Positions 39,050 through 49,820 of a stretch of 64,000 nt of DNA are shown here, one piece after another. Within the stretch, counting starts at the first letter, position 1. The number at the start of each line of letters is the position of its first letter. Position numbers and translations under genes: made by a program. Source of the stretch: Alphaproteobacteria bacterium (GTDB taxonomy: Bacteria > Pseudomonadota > Alphaproteobacteria > UBA828); the NCBI GenBank assembly GCA_965221125.1, contig CBDCRW010000005.1:480001-544000 (forward strand), in the 5' to 3' direction. Under the pieces are notes generated by a model. It did no database searches. It saw only the letters and a program-made list of their open reading frames with translations, and had not been told where the DNA came from.

Positions 39050-40306
39050 ATGCATTTGCAAGAGCTCAAGACCCAGACCCCGACCCAGCTGATCGACTAC
39101 GCCGAGGAGCTCGAGATCGAGAACGCGAACTCGATGCGCCGGCAGGACCTGATGTTCGCGATCCTGCGGCAGCTTGCGGAGAACGATCAGGCGATCTTCG
39201 GCTCGGGCGTGCTGGAGACGCTGCAGGACGGGTTCGGCTTTCTGCGCTCGCCCGAGGCCAACTACCTGCCGGGGCCCGACGACATCTACGTGAGCCCGAG
39301 CCAGATCCGCCGCTTCGGGCTGAGGACCGGCGACACCCTCGAGGGCCAGATCCGCGCGCCCCGCGACGGCGAGCGCTACTTCGCCCTGCTCAAGCTCAAC
39401 AACATCAACTTCGACCCGCCGGAGAACCTGCGCCACAAGGTCAACTTCGACAACCTCACGCCGCTCTACCCCGAGCAGCGCTTCAGCATGGAGGTCGCCG
39501 ACCCTGCGCGGAAGGACACCACCAGCCGCATCCTCGATATCGTGGCGCCGCTCGGCAAGGGCCAGCGGGCGCTGATCGTGGCCCCGCCGCGCACCGGCAA
39601 GACCATGATGCTGCAGAACATCGCGCACTCGATCGAGGAGAACCACCCCGAGGCCTATCTCATCGTGCTGCTGGTGGACGAGCGGCCCGAGGAGGTGACG
39701 GACATGGACCGCTCGGTGCGGGGCGAGGTGGTGAGCTCCACCTTCGACGAGCCCGCGTCCCGCCACGTCCAAGTGGCGGAGATGGTGATCGAGAAGGCCA
39801 AGCGCCTGGTGGAGCACAAGCGGGACGTGGTGATCCTGCTGGATTCCATCACCCGCCTTGCGCGGGCCTACAACACGGTGGTGCCGTCGTCGGGCAAGGT
39901 GCTGACCGGCGGCGTGGACGCCAACGCCCTGCAGCGGCCCAAGCGCTTCTTCGGCGCGGCGCGCAACATCGAGCACGGCGGCTCGCTCACGATTATCGCG
40001 ACCGCGCTGATCGACACGGGGTCCCGCATGGACGAGGTGATCTTCGAGGAGTTCAAGGGCACCGGCAACTCGGAGATCATCCTGGACCGCAAGCTCGCCG
40101 ACAAGCGCACCTGGCCCAGCATGGACATCGCGCGCTCCGGCACCCGCAAGGAGGAGCTGCTGGTCGACCGCGCGACGCTCGCCAAGATGTGGGTGCTGCG
40201 CCGCATCCTCTCGCCCATGGGCACGGTGGACGCCATGGAGTTCCTGGTCGACAAGCTCAAGGCGACCAAGACCAACGAGGAATTCTTCGCCTCGATGAAC
40301 ACGTAA
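39050..40306 (+). CDS. rho: Transcription termination factor Rho
   Basis: [47 protein letters not shown]. Confidence 0.98.
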   Translation: MHLQELKTQTPTQLIDYAEELEIENANSMRRQDLMFAILRQLAENDQAIFGSGVLETLQDGFGFLRSPEANYLPGPDDIYVSPSQIRRFGLRTGDTLEGQIRAPRDGERYFALLKLNNINFDPPENLRHKVNFDNLTPLYPEQRFSMEVADPARKDTTSRILDIVAPLGKGQRALIVAPPRTGKTMMLQNIAHSIEENHPEAYLIVLLVDERPEEVTDMDRSVRGEVVSSTFDEPASRHVQVAEMVIEKAKRLVEHKRDVVILLDSITRLARAYNTVVPSSGKVLTGGVDANALQRPKRFFGAARNIEHGGSLTIIATALIDTGSRMDEVIFEEFKGTGNSEIILDRKLADKRTWPSMDIARSGTRKEELLVDRATLAKMWVLRRILSPMGTVDAMEFLVDKLKATKTNEEFFASMNT

Positions 40307-40310
40307 GTCG

Positions 40311-40375
40311 CGCACGCCCGCAGGTTCGTGCGCGCGCAATCAAGAGGTCCGCACGCCCGCAGGCTCGTGCGCGCG
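40311..40375. repeat. Two direct copies of a 26-bp REP-like hairpin between convergent genes
   Basis: CGCACGCCCGCAGG(T/C)TCGTGCGCGCG at 40311-40336 and 40350-40375; stem CGCACG/CGTGCG. Confidence 0.8.
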
Positions 40376-40405
40376 GCATCCCGAGCCGGAGTCTGACCAC
40401 GGCGC

Positions 40406-41239
40406 TCATACCCAGTAGGCGATGCGCCAGCGGTAGCGGCGGAAGAACGCGAACGTCACGAGCCACCCGCCGAACGTCAGGCTCAGCACCACGATCCAGG
40501 AGAGCAGTCCCGGCGTCTGTCCCAGCAGGGGCGCCCGCACCACCTCGATGAAGTGGTAGAAGGGGTTGACGTCCAGCACCATGGGGCGGGTCGGTATGAG
40601 GTCCGGCGTCCAGATGATCGGGGTCACGAAGAAGCAGATCCGCAAGACGCTCGACACGATCGGCGGCACGTCGCGAAACCGGGCCGAGACGATGCCGAAG
40701 AGCAGCGCCACCCAGAGGCCGGTGAGGCACAGGAGCACGAGACCCGGCAGCGCGAGAAGCCCGTTCCAGCCCGGCCACACCCCGAAGACGATCGCCACGA
40801 CGACGAAGACGACGGCGTTGTGCACGAGGGTGAGCAGGTTGCGCCAGAGCAGCCGATACACGTGGACGGAGAGCGGCAGACCGACCTGCTTGATGATGCT
40901 TTCCGAAGCGATGAACGCGTTGCAGCCGTCGCGGATGATGTCGGATATCAGCGTCCAGACGATGAAGCCAAGCGCGAGGAACGGCATGTATTCCGCGATG
41001 TCCGCGTCGAACAGCAGGCCGTAAAGCGCGCCCAACGCTCCAACAAACGCACCCATGCTAAGGGTTAGCCAGAACGGGCCGAGCACCGAGCGCCGATACA
41101 GCTGCCGCATGTCCTGCCAGCCGAGCCGTCCCCACAGGTAGCGCGCCCGTGCGCCTTGCACGAGATCGAGCAGGGCCAGACGGGCTTGCGACGGCGGCGG
41201 CGCGGACTCCGGCGTACCGCCCTGGGCGCCGGCAGCCAT
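40406..41239 (-). CDS. ABC-2 polysaccharide export permease (Wzm/RfbD-like)
   Basis: YRRSVLGPFWLTLS, RFRDV, FFVTPIIW, NPFYHFIEVVRAPLL. Confidence 0.9.
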   Translation of the reverse strand: MAAGAQGGTPESAPPPSQARLALLDLVQGARARYLWGRLGWQDMRQLYRRSVLGPFWLTLSMGAFVGALGALYGLLFDADIAEYMPFLALGFIVWTLISDIIRDGCNAFIASESIIKQVGLPLSVHVYRLLWRNLLTLVHNAVVFVVVAIVFGVWPGWNGLLALPGLVLLCLTGLWVALLFGIVSARFRDVPPIVSSVLRICFFVTPIIWTPDLIPTRPMVLDVNPFYHFIEVVRAPLLGQTPGLLSWIVVLSLTFGGWLVTFAFFRRYRWRIAYWV

Positions 41240-41320
41240 GTCGTCGCCCGCCGCAGTAGATCGAGACTCCGCTCTCACTCTAGCCCGCATTTCTCCGTTT
41301 TGCAGGGAAGGGCACTAAAG

Positions 41321-41444
41321 CGGTCCATTCCGGTCTATGCCGGCCCAAAGTGGTCCAAAGTGGCCGAAGGTGGTCCAAAACGAGCGGCCCAAAGTGGCCC
41401 AAAGTGGCGCAAGGCGGCTCATGGTGGCCCAAGCTGGCCCGTCC
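41321..41444. repeat. Array of twelve 10-bp phased direct repeats (YGGYCCAAAG)
   Basis: 6 units 41321-41380, 4-nt insert CGAG, 6 units 41385-41444. Confidence 0.9.
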
Positions 41445-41705
41445 CGGCGGCGGCAGGGGGCCGCGGGACGAGCGCCCGGCGACGAGCCAGCTCCCCCGAG
41501 CCGCTCCGGCCCGACTCCCCCTGACGTGCGACGGTCTGCGCGCTGCATCCGCAGAGCCTGCCCCCACCAAGCGGCCCTGTGCACCGCACCATGGTCCGGG
41601 GTATCGGAGAGTGCCGGGCACGGAGCTCATTAGTTAGCACGACATCTAATCGTGAGGAGATAGCGCTAACACATTGAAATACCTGCGGAAAGGCGCGCCC
41701 AGTCC

Positions 41706-42625
<920 letters not shown>

Positions 42626-42629
<4 letters not shown>

Positions 42630-43489
42630 GCTGCGCTCTCCCTCTCGCTTCGCTCGCGGCGCAGCAGCTCGCCCGCGAGGTGGGCGTAGGCCTGCGCGCC
42701 GGGGCAGCGGAAATCGTGGAGCAAAACAGGAACGCCGTAGGACGGCGCCTCTGAAACCCGCACGTTGCGCGGGATGATGGTCTCGTACACCGCATCGCCC
42801 AGGTGGGTCCGCACGTCGTCCCGCACCTGGGCCGAGAGATTGTTCCGCTTGTCGTACATGGTGAGCACCACGCCCTGGACCCGGAGCGCCGGATTGAAGG
42901 CGATGCGCACGCGGTCGACGATGCTGAGTACCTGGCTCAGGCCCTCCAGCGCCAGGAACTCGCACTGCAGCGGCACCAGCACCGAATCCGCCGCGACCAG
43001 CGCGTTCACCGTCAGCATGCCGAGAGAAGGCGGGCAATCGATCAGCACGTACTCCGGCCCGTCGCCCTGCGCGAGCGCCGGCGCCAGCGCCAGCGCCTCC
43101 TTCAGGCAGTGCTGCGGGCGCGGGCTCTGGGACAGCTCGATCTCGGCGGCGGCGAGGTCGCGGGTCGCCGGCACGACCGCGAGCCCCGGAACGGGCGTCG
43201 TGCGCCGGGCCTCGGCAAGTGGTGCGCCCTGGAGCAGCCCGTAGCTGCCGGGCACGCGGTCCGCTTGCGCGATGCCGAGGCCGGTGCTGGCGTTCCCCTG
43301 CGGATCGAGATCGAGGAGCAGCACCGGGTGCCCGGCGGCGGCGAGCGCCGTGCCGAGGTTGATGGCGGTGGTGGTCTTGCCGACGCCGCCCTTCTGGTTC
43401 GCGACCGCGATGATGCGGGGCCGCGCCGCCGGGGCCGCCACGTCCTCCGCCTCCGCTATGCCGGTCTCAAGCGCGGCGGCGTTCGACAT
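42626..43489 (-). CDS. parA: Chromosome partitioning ATPase ParA
   Basis: [38 protein letters not shown]. Confidence 0.97.
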
Positions 43490-44093
43490 CGCTGATCCTC
43501 AATATGCGCGCCTCCGCCGCTGTGCGGCTGGGGACGATCTCCGCCCGGAAATCCCACCGGCGTCGCGCCTCCTCCAGCTCGCTCCGGTAGCGGCGCCCCT
43601 TCGGGAATATACAATATGTATGGGGTTCCAGCACGGGGAAAACCAGACCTAGCAATTCCACCAGCGGCGCGCAGGCGCGGGCGACGATCGTGCCGGCCGG
43701 GCTAAGCGCGGCCTGCACCTGCTTGTCTTCGAGCCGGCCCTCGATCACGTCGACGGCGGTGCCCGTGGCGTCCGCGACCTCGCGGAGGAAGGCGCAGCGC
43801 TTGCCGTTGGCCTCGACGAGCGAATAGCGCCGCCCGCCGTCCATGATCGCAAGCACCATGCCGGGAAACCCGGCGCCGCTGCCGACATCAACCGTGTGGC
43901 CGCTCGAATCGTCGGCGAGCAGGGGGGCGAGCTGCGCGGAATCGAGGAAGTGCCGGGTCCAGAGCGCCGGCAGAGAGGCGGCCGAGACCAGGTTCGTGCG
44001 CCGCTGCCGGCGCCGGAGCAGGGCTTCGTAGATCTCGAGCCGCTCGCGTGTTTCACGTGAAACATCGCGCCGGAAGGCCTCGCCCGGCTCCAT
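43467..44093 (-). CDS. rsmG: 16S rRNA m7G527 methyltransferase
   Basis: [31 protein letters not shown]. Confidence 0.95.
   Translation of the reverse strand: MEPGEAFRRDVSRETRERLEIYEALLRRRQRRTNLVSAASLPALWTRHFLDSAQLAPLLADDSSGHTVDVGSGAGFPGMVLAIMDGGRRYSLVEANGKRCAFLREVADATGTAVDVIEGRLEDKQVQAALSPAGTIVARACAPLVELLGLVFPVLEPHTYCIFPKGRRYRSELEEARRRWDFRAEIVPSRTAAEARILRISDVERRRA
44049..44064. promoter_or_regulatory. parS centromere site
   Basis: Perfect palindrome TGTTTCACGTGAAACA within the rsmG 5' end. Confidence 0.95.
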
Positions 44094-44098
44094 CCGGC

Positions 44099-46000
44099 CT
44101 AGCCGCGCCCGGCCTCCGCCGTGTTCTTGCGCACATCCGCCTTGCGCACGTGGGCGAGCAGCGCCGTCAGCGCCGCCGGGGTCACGCCCGGCACGCGCCC
44201 CGCCGCCCCCAGCGTCGCCGGCCGCGCGGCGGAGAGACGCTGGCGCATCTCGTGGGAGAGGCCCCCCACCCGGTCGAAGCGGAGGTCGCCCGGCAGCCTC
44301 AACGCCTCGTCCCGGCGGAAGGCGGCGATGTCCGCCTCCTGCCGCTCGACGTAGCCCCGGTAGTGGGCGTCGTTCTCCAGCGCCTGGGCGATCTCCGGCG
44401 GGAGCGCGCCCACCGCCGGCCAGAGCGCCGCGAGCGTCTCCAGCGTCACGTCGGGATAGCCGATCAGCGCGCGCGCCGTCCGCCTGCGCCCGTCCCGGTT
44501 CGCCGCGATTCCGTGGCGCCGCAGCACGTCGGGCGTGGCGTCGAGGGAATCAAGCAGGCGCTCGGCCTCGGCCAGCGCCGCGCTCTTGGCGGCGAAGCGC
44601 CGCGCCCGTTCGCCGCCGACGCAGCCGGCCTCGATCCCGCGCCCGGTGAGGCGGCGGTCGGCATTGTCCGGGCGCAGCCGCAGCCTGTATTCGGCACGGG
44701 AGGAGAACATGCGGTAGGGCTCGCTCACCCCCTGCGTGACGAGGTCGTCGATCAGCACGCCAATGTAGCCCTCGGTCCGGTCGAGCGTGAACGGCCCGCT
44801 GCCTGCCGCCGCCCGCGCGGCGTTGATGCCGGCGACGATGCCCTGCGCCGCGGCTTCCTCGTAGCCGGTGGTGCCGTTGATCTGGCCTGCGAGATAGAGG
44901 CCGCGCGCCCGTACTGTCTCCAGCGCTGGGCTCAGCTCGCGCGGGTCCACGTGGTCGTACTCGATGGCGTAGCCGGGCCTAAGGATCGCCGCCCGCTCCA
45001 GCCCCGGAATCGTCGCGACCAGCGCCCGCTGCACGTCCTCCGGCAGCGCGGTGGAGATCCCGTTGGGATAGACCGTGTGGTCGTCAAGCCCCTCCGGCTC
45101 AAGGAAAATCTGGTGCGAGGCGCGGTCCGCGAAGCGCACCACCTTGTCCTCGATGGAGGGGCAGTAGCGGGGCCCGCGGCTCTCGATCGCGCCCGAGTAC
45201 ATGGGGGAGCGCGAAAGGTTGCGGCGGATCAGGTGGTGGCCCTCGGGCCCCGTCGCCGTGATGTGGCAACGCACCTGCGTGCGCCGGATCGCGCCGGTCA
45301 AGAACGAGAACGGCTCCGGCGGCCGGTCGCCCTCCTGCGCTTGCAACCCTGCCCAGTCGATGGTGCGGCCATCGAGCCGGGGCGGCGTGCCCGTCTTCAG
45401 CCGGCCGAGGCGGAAGCCGAGCCGTTCCAGCGTGAGCGCGAGGCCCGTCGCCGGCGCATCGCCGACGCGGCCCGCCGGGATCTGCCGCTCGCCGATGTGA
45501 ATGAGCCCGCGCAGGAAGGTGCCGGTGGTGAGCACCACCTGCGAAGCCGGGATGAGCGTGCCGTCCCCCAGCGCCACGCCCCGCACGCAGGGCTTGCCGT
45601 CCGCGCCCTTCTGGAGCGCCAGGTCCTCGACCGTGCCCTCGCGGATCGTGAGGTTGGGCTGGGTTGCGAGCGCCGCCTGCATGGCCGCGCGGTAGAGCGC
45701 GCGGTCCTGCTGCGCCCGGGGCCCGCGCACCGCCGGCCCCTTGCTGCGGTTGAGCACGCGGAACTGGATGCCCGCCTCGTCGGCGATGCGGCCCATCAGC
45801 CCGTCGAGCGCGTCCACCTCGCGCACCAGCGTGCCCTTGGCGAGCCCGCCGATGGCGGGATTGCAGGACATCGCGCCGATGGTCTCGCGCTTCTGGGTGA
45901 CGAGCAGGGTCGCCGCGCCCACGCGCGCTGCCGCCGCTGCCGCCTCGCAGCCTGCGTGGCCGCCCCCGATCACGATGACATCGAAACGCTCGCGGCCCAT
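44099..46000 (-). CDS. mnmG: tRNA uridine-34 modification enzyme MnmG (GidA)
   Basis: [47 protein letters not shown]. Confidence 0.97.
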   Translation of the reverse strand: MGRERFDVIVIGGGHAGCEAAAAAARVGAATLLVTQKRETIGAMSCNPAIGGLAKGTLVREVDALDGLMGRIADEAGIQFRVLNRSKGPAVRGPRAQQDRALYRAAMQAALATQPNLTIREGTVEDLALQKGADGKPCVRGVALGDGTLIPASQVVLTTGTFLRGLIHIGERQIPAGRVGDAPATGLALTLERLGFRLGRLKTGTPPRLDGRTIDWAGLQAQEGDRPPEPFSFLTGAIRRTQVRCHITATGPEGHHLIRRNLSRSPMYSGAIESRGPRYCPSIEDKVVRFADRASHQIFLEPEGLDDHTVYPNGISTALPEDVQRALVATIPGLERAAILRPGYAIEYDHVDPRELSPALETVRARGLYLAGQINGTTGYEEAAAQGIVAGINAARAAAGSGPFTLDRTEGYIGVLIDDLVTQGVSEPYRMFSSRAEYRLRLRPDNADRRLTGRGIEAGCVGGERARRFAAKSAALAEAERLLDSLDATPDVLRRHGIAANRDGRRRTARALIGYPDVTLETLAALWPAVGALPPEIAQALENDAHYRGYVERQEADIAAFRRDEALRLPGDLRFDRVGGLSHEMRQRLSAARPATLGAAGRVPGVTPAALTALLAHVRKADVRKNTAEAGRG

Positions 46001-46082
46001 GGCCGCCCTCCCGGCCGTCATCCCGGCCCGGCTCCAACGAACGCCGCACCCTATAGGGCAGACGCGCGCGCCCGTAAAGCGC

Positions 46083-47417
46083 CTACTTGCCGATGCAGAA
46101 GTCGCGGAAGACGAGGTCGAGCACCGCCTCGACGTCGACCCGCCCGGTGATGCGGCCAAGCGCGCAGGCCGCGAGCCTGAGCTCTTCCGCCAGCCGCTCG
46201 TCCGCCGGGCCGTCGATGGCGCGCACCAGCGCGTCGCGGCATTCCATGACCGCCGCTCGGTGCCGGGCGCGGGTCATCGTCGGCGCGCCGCCTGCCGGGT
46301 AGCGCCGTGCGATCTCGTCGGTCAGCGCTTCGAGCAAGCCGTCGATGCCGGCGCCGGTGAGGCAGGAGACCCCGCGCGCCGGATGGTCCGCGATGACGGC
46401 AGGGGCGGGGCCTGCGAGGAGGTCGGTCTTGTTCAGCACCGCGAGCGCGCCCGCGCCCAGCAGCGCGACGCTCTGCGGATCGGCGTCGGGCCAGCGCGCG
46501 CCGTCGAAGACCACCAGCGAGAGGTCCGCGCTTGCGGCACGCGCCAGCGCGCGGCGCACGCCTTCGCTCTCGATCTCGTCGCCGCTCTCGCGCAGGCCCG
46601 CGGTATCGGCGAGGGTGAGAGGCCAGCCGCCAAGGTCGAGCCGCACCTCGACCACGTCGCGGGTGGTGCCCGCGCGGGTCGAGACGATGGCCGCGTCCCG
46701 TCCCGCCAACCTGTTGAGAAGGCTTGATTTTCCCGCATTCGGCGCGCCCACGATAGCGATGCAGAAGCCCTCCCGCAGGCGCTCGCCCCGGCGCGCGTCG
46801 TCGAGGTGCGCCGCGATCTCGCCCGCCAGCGCCGCAAGGCCCGGCGCCGCCGCCGCCATCGGGTCCTCGCCCAGCTCCTGGTCGGAGAAATCGATGGCGG
46901 CCTCGACGTTGGCCCGGAGCGCCATCAACCGCTCGCGCCAGCCGTCGTAGAGCCGATGCAGCCCGCCATCCATCTGGGCCAGCGCCTGGCGCCGCTGGGC
47001 CTCGGTCTCGGCCGCCACCAGGTCGGCGATCCCCTCGGCCTCGGTGAGGTCGAGCCGGCCGGCCTCGAAGGCGCGCCGGGTGAACTCGCCGGGCTCGGCG
47101 GGGCGCAGGCCGGGCACGCCTGCGAGCGCGTCGGTGAGCGCGGCGAGGACGGCAGGCCCGCCGTGGACGTGGAATTCCGCCATGTCCTCGCCGGTAGCGC
47201 TGCCCGGCGCCGGCAGCCAGAGCGCGAGCCCCCGGTCGATGGCCTCGCCCGTCTCCGGCCGGCGGAAGCGGCGCAGCGCAGCCCGGCGCGCCTCAGGCAG
47301 CGGCACGCCGCCGATCCGCGCGAGCGCGTCGCCGGCAGCGGGGCCCGAGACCCGGACCACCGCGATGGCAGCGCGAGCGCCCCCGCTCGACAGCGCGAAG
47401 ATGGTCTCGCCGGTCAT
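46083..47417 (-). CDS. mnmE: tRNA modification GTPase MnmE
   Basis: [34 protein letters not shown]. Confidence 0.97.
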   Translation of the reverse strand: MTGETIFALSSGGARAAIAVVRVSGPAAGDALARIGGVPLPEARRAALRRFRRPETGEAIDRGLALWLPAPGSATGEDMAEFHVHGGPAVLAALTDALAGVPGLRPAEPGEFTRRAFEAGRLDLTEAEGIADLVAAETEAQRRQALAQMDGGLHRLYDGWRERLMALRANVEAAIDFSDQELGEDPMAAAAPGLAALAGEIAAHLDDARRGERLREGFCIAIVGAPNAGKSSLLNRLAGRDAAIVSTRAGTTRDVVEVRLDLGGWPLTLADTAGLRESGDEIESEGVRRALARAASADLSLVVFDGARWPDADPQSVALLGAGALAVLNKTDLLAGPAPAVIADHPARGVSCLTGAGIDGLLEALTDEIARRYPAGGAPTMTRARHRAAVMECRDALVRAIDGPADERLAEELRLAACALGRITGRVDVEAVLDLVFRDFCIGK

Positions 47418-47466
47418 GGTCTGGGGATCTCCGCCGCACGAGGCCCTGCGGCAGGCCGGCGCCGGA

Positions 47467-47862
47467 TCAGGAGGCGGCGACCGCCGCCTGGCCGGGTCCC
47501 TCGGAATCCTCGGCCTCGTCGGGGAACGGCTGGTCCGGCATCAGCATGAGCCGCTCGACCCGGCCGCCCCTCACCAGGTGGGTCTCGATGATCTCGTCCA
47601 CGTCCGCCACCGTCTTGACCGCGTACCAGACGCCTTCGGGGTAGATCACCATGGTCGGCCCGAACTCGCAGCGGTCGAGGCACTGGCTCGCGTTGATGCG
47701 CACGTCGGAAAGGCCGCGCTGCTTGGCTCTGGCCTTCATGTGGGCGCGGAGCTTGACCGAGTCCTTCGCGCTGCAGCAGCCGCGCGGGTGGCCCGGCGCG
47801 CGCTCGTTGACGCAGCAGAAGACGTGGCGCCGGTAGTAGAGCGGCGGGTCCGCCCGGCTCAT
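47467..47862 (-). CDS. Thioredoxin-like [2Fe-2S] ferredoxin
   Basis: HVFCCVNER..RGCC..CLDRCEFGP..YPEGVWY. Confidence 0.9.
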   Translation of the reverse strand: MSRADPPLYYRRHVFCCVNERAPGHPRGCCSAKDSVKLRAHMKARAKQRGLSDVRINASQCLDRCEFGPTMVIYPEGVWYAVKTVADVDEIIETHLVRGGRVERLMLMPDQPFPDEAEDSEGPGQAAVAAS

Positions 47863-48131
47863 CCCCCGCCGCCTCCGCTTCTCTCCTTGGGCGCGCCGCC
47901 GCTGGCCTGCCCAAAACCTTCCCAGAAGGCCTGCTGCATGGCCTCGAAGCCCTTGAGCCCGCCCGGCAGCCACGTCTTCATCAAGGTCTCTGCGTCGATG
48001 CTGCCGACGGCGTCGGCGATGCGGTCTTCCAGGCCCTTGGCCATGGCCGCGTGCGCCGCCGTCAGGTCCGGCATCCCGCAGAAGGCCCGCGCTTCCTCCG
48101 GCGTGCAGTCGATCTCGATCTTGACCTTCAT
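47859..48131 (-). CDS. DUF6489-like small conserved protein
   Basis: MKVKIEIDCTPEEARAFCGMPD; overlaps the ferredoxin start. Confidence 0.8.
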   Translation of the reverse strand: MKVKIEIDCTPEEARAFCGMPDLTAAHAAMAKGLEDRIADAVGSIDAETLMKTWLPGGLKGFEAMQQAFWEGFGQASGGAPKERSGGGGG

Positions 48132-48305
48132 GGTGGCCTCGCTCGCAGCGCCTCTCTCGGTCGCCCGACGGCCGCGACCATACTCCGCTGCTAGGCGCTT
48201 GAACAGCTTCCATCTTCCCGTGGTGGGTTACTTTGAAATCGCCCATTTGCGATGAGTGACCGGACGCTCGGTCTTGCCATCAAGCTGTTCATGCATCATA
48301 TGCTG

Positions 48306-48339
48306 TTGACAACCGACCAAGCATCAATTATTATTTGAT
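48306..48339 (+). promoter_or_regulatory. Near-consensus sigma70 promoter of the Fic gene with overlapping inverted repeat
   Basis: TTGACA 48306-48311, 17 nt, TATTAT 48329-48334; ATCAA (48323) / TTGAT (48335) bracket the -10. Confidence 0.7.
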
Positions 48340-48356
48340 TGTACATCAGTTGCACA

Positions 48357-49538
48357 ATGGAAATGATCATGCTGTTCACATATCGTTCTCTGGATGACGA
48401 AGAGAAGCGGGTTGAGGAGGCGACGGCTCACCTGCGAGTAGACCTACGCAGATACGTCACAACGGAACCGCGACGTTGGACGGGTTTGCTCGCCCGTATG
48501 ACTCGGGCGCGCGCCCTTGCTGCATCGAACAGCGTGGAAGGTATCAATGTGTCTGATGATGATGCCATCGCCGCAATCGATCGTGAAGACCCGGCCAACA
48601 CTGACCGTGAAACATGGCAGGCTGTCACGGGCTACCGGGAGGCAATGGACTACATCCTCCAGCGCCGCCAGAGCCCAGCCTTTAGGATCACAGAGGACGT
48701 GCTCCTGACCGTCCATTTCATGATTTGCCAGTCAGATTGGAATGCAAATCCGGGTCAGTATCGCCCGGGATGGATTGGCGTGAGAAACACCAGCACCGGT
48801 GAATTGGTACATGAAGGAGTAGATCGCGACGACTTAGAGGCCCTTATCGATGAGCTTCTTCACTACGTAAATGATGGCGAGGTCGAATCGACCTTCCTAC
48901 GCGCGGCTATGACGCACCTAAACCTGACATTGCTGCATCCGTTCAAGGACGGCAACGGTCGAACCGCTAGGTGCATCCACACCGCAGTGTTGGCAAGCGA
49001 TGGGATTGTCGCGCCAGCGTTTTCGTCAATTGAGGAATACATCGGCCGCAATCAACAGGGATATTATGACGTTCTGACGGAGGTCGGCGGGGGCTCGTGG
49101 CAACCCGTGCGCAATGCCAAGCCATGGGTACGTTTCTGCCTGACCGGTCACTATGTGCAAGCGCGAACCCTTGTTCGCCGGATGCGAGAGTTGGAAAGGC
49201 TTTATACGGAGCTGACAGAACTAGTAACCACAAACGGGCTTCCCGACCGCATGGCCATGGCACTACTCCAGGCCGCCTTTGGTACGCGAGTTAGAAACTC
49301 CTCGTATCGGGTGAGCGCTGACTTGTCCAAGAATCTCGCCAGCCGAGATCTAAAGGAACTCGTAGACGCCAAGTTTCTCGTCCCGGAAGGTCAAAAGCGT
49401 GGCCGCTTCTACAATGCGGCTCCCATAGTGGCAGAGATTCGCCAGAAGGTACGTCTTCCCAAGAATATAGAAGATCCTTTTGGGAAAGATGGGCCGGCTC
49501 GGGCTCCTCAGAGCAGCCTTTTCCCGGAGATTGATTGA
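48357..49538 (+). CDS. Fic-domain protein with C-terminal HTH (class II)
   Basis: HPFKDGNGRTAR; inhibitory motif SNSVEG; ASRDLKELV HTH; visibly lower GC than the flanks. Start uncertain (48357/48363/48369). Confidence 0.92.
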   Translation: MEMIMLFTYRSLDDEEKRVEEATAHLRVDLRRYVTTEPRRWTGLLARMTRARALAASNSVEGINVSDDDAIAAIDREDPANTDRETWQAVTGYREAMDYILQRRQSPAFRITEDVLLTVHFMICQSDWNANPGQYRPGWIGVRNTSTGELVHEGVDRDDLEALIDELLHYVNDGEVESTFLRAAMTHLNLTLLHPFKDGNGRTARCIHTAVLASDGIVAPAFSSIEEYIGRNQQGYYDVLTEVGGGSWQPVRNAKPWVRFCLTGHYVQARTLVRRMRELERLYTELTELVTTNGLPDRMAMALLQAAFGTRVRNSSYRVSADLSKNLASRDLKELVDAKFLVPEGQKRGRFYNAAPIVAEIRQKVRLPKNIEDPFGKDGPARAPQSSLFPEID

Positions 49539-49820
49539 GTGTGCGTCTCCTGCGGCCAGCATTTCTCGATGCACGGTCCGCCCATTTGCGTGGCGAGTCG
49601 GTCCATGGGGCGGGGTCGTCTCGGTCCTGCGGTATTTTGAGTGGGGTCCGGCATACCCCTAGCCGTTAGACACGAGTCTAGTACCGGAAGATTCGAACTG
49701 ACTTAATTCCTCGCTCACCGGGACCTCCCCCCGCACTGGCGGCGCGGCACGCCCCGCCCTATGCTCGGGCCCCACGGCCGCTCCCTTGCCACGCGCGGCC
49801 CGAACCAGACGGGAAGGGCC

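Noticed and set aside
41322-41440. Eight GGNCC sites as a methylation-sensing array for the orphan MTase
   Set aside because: The sites follow automatically from the repeat unit; nothing in the sequence gives the MTase specificity.
41321-41444. CRISPR or coding interpretation of the repeat array (ORFs 41156-41640)
   Set aside because: Units are 10 bp with no unique spacers and no cas genes; the overlapping ORFs are low-complexity products of the repeat.
49539-49671. Integron attC after fic (GTTAGAC at 49665)
   Set aside because: No matching RYYYAAC inverse core after the stop, no convincing hairpin, no intI.
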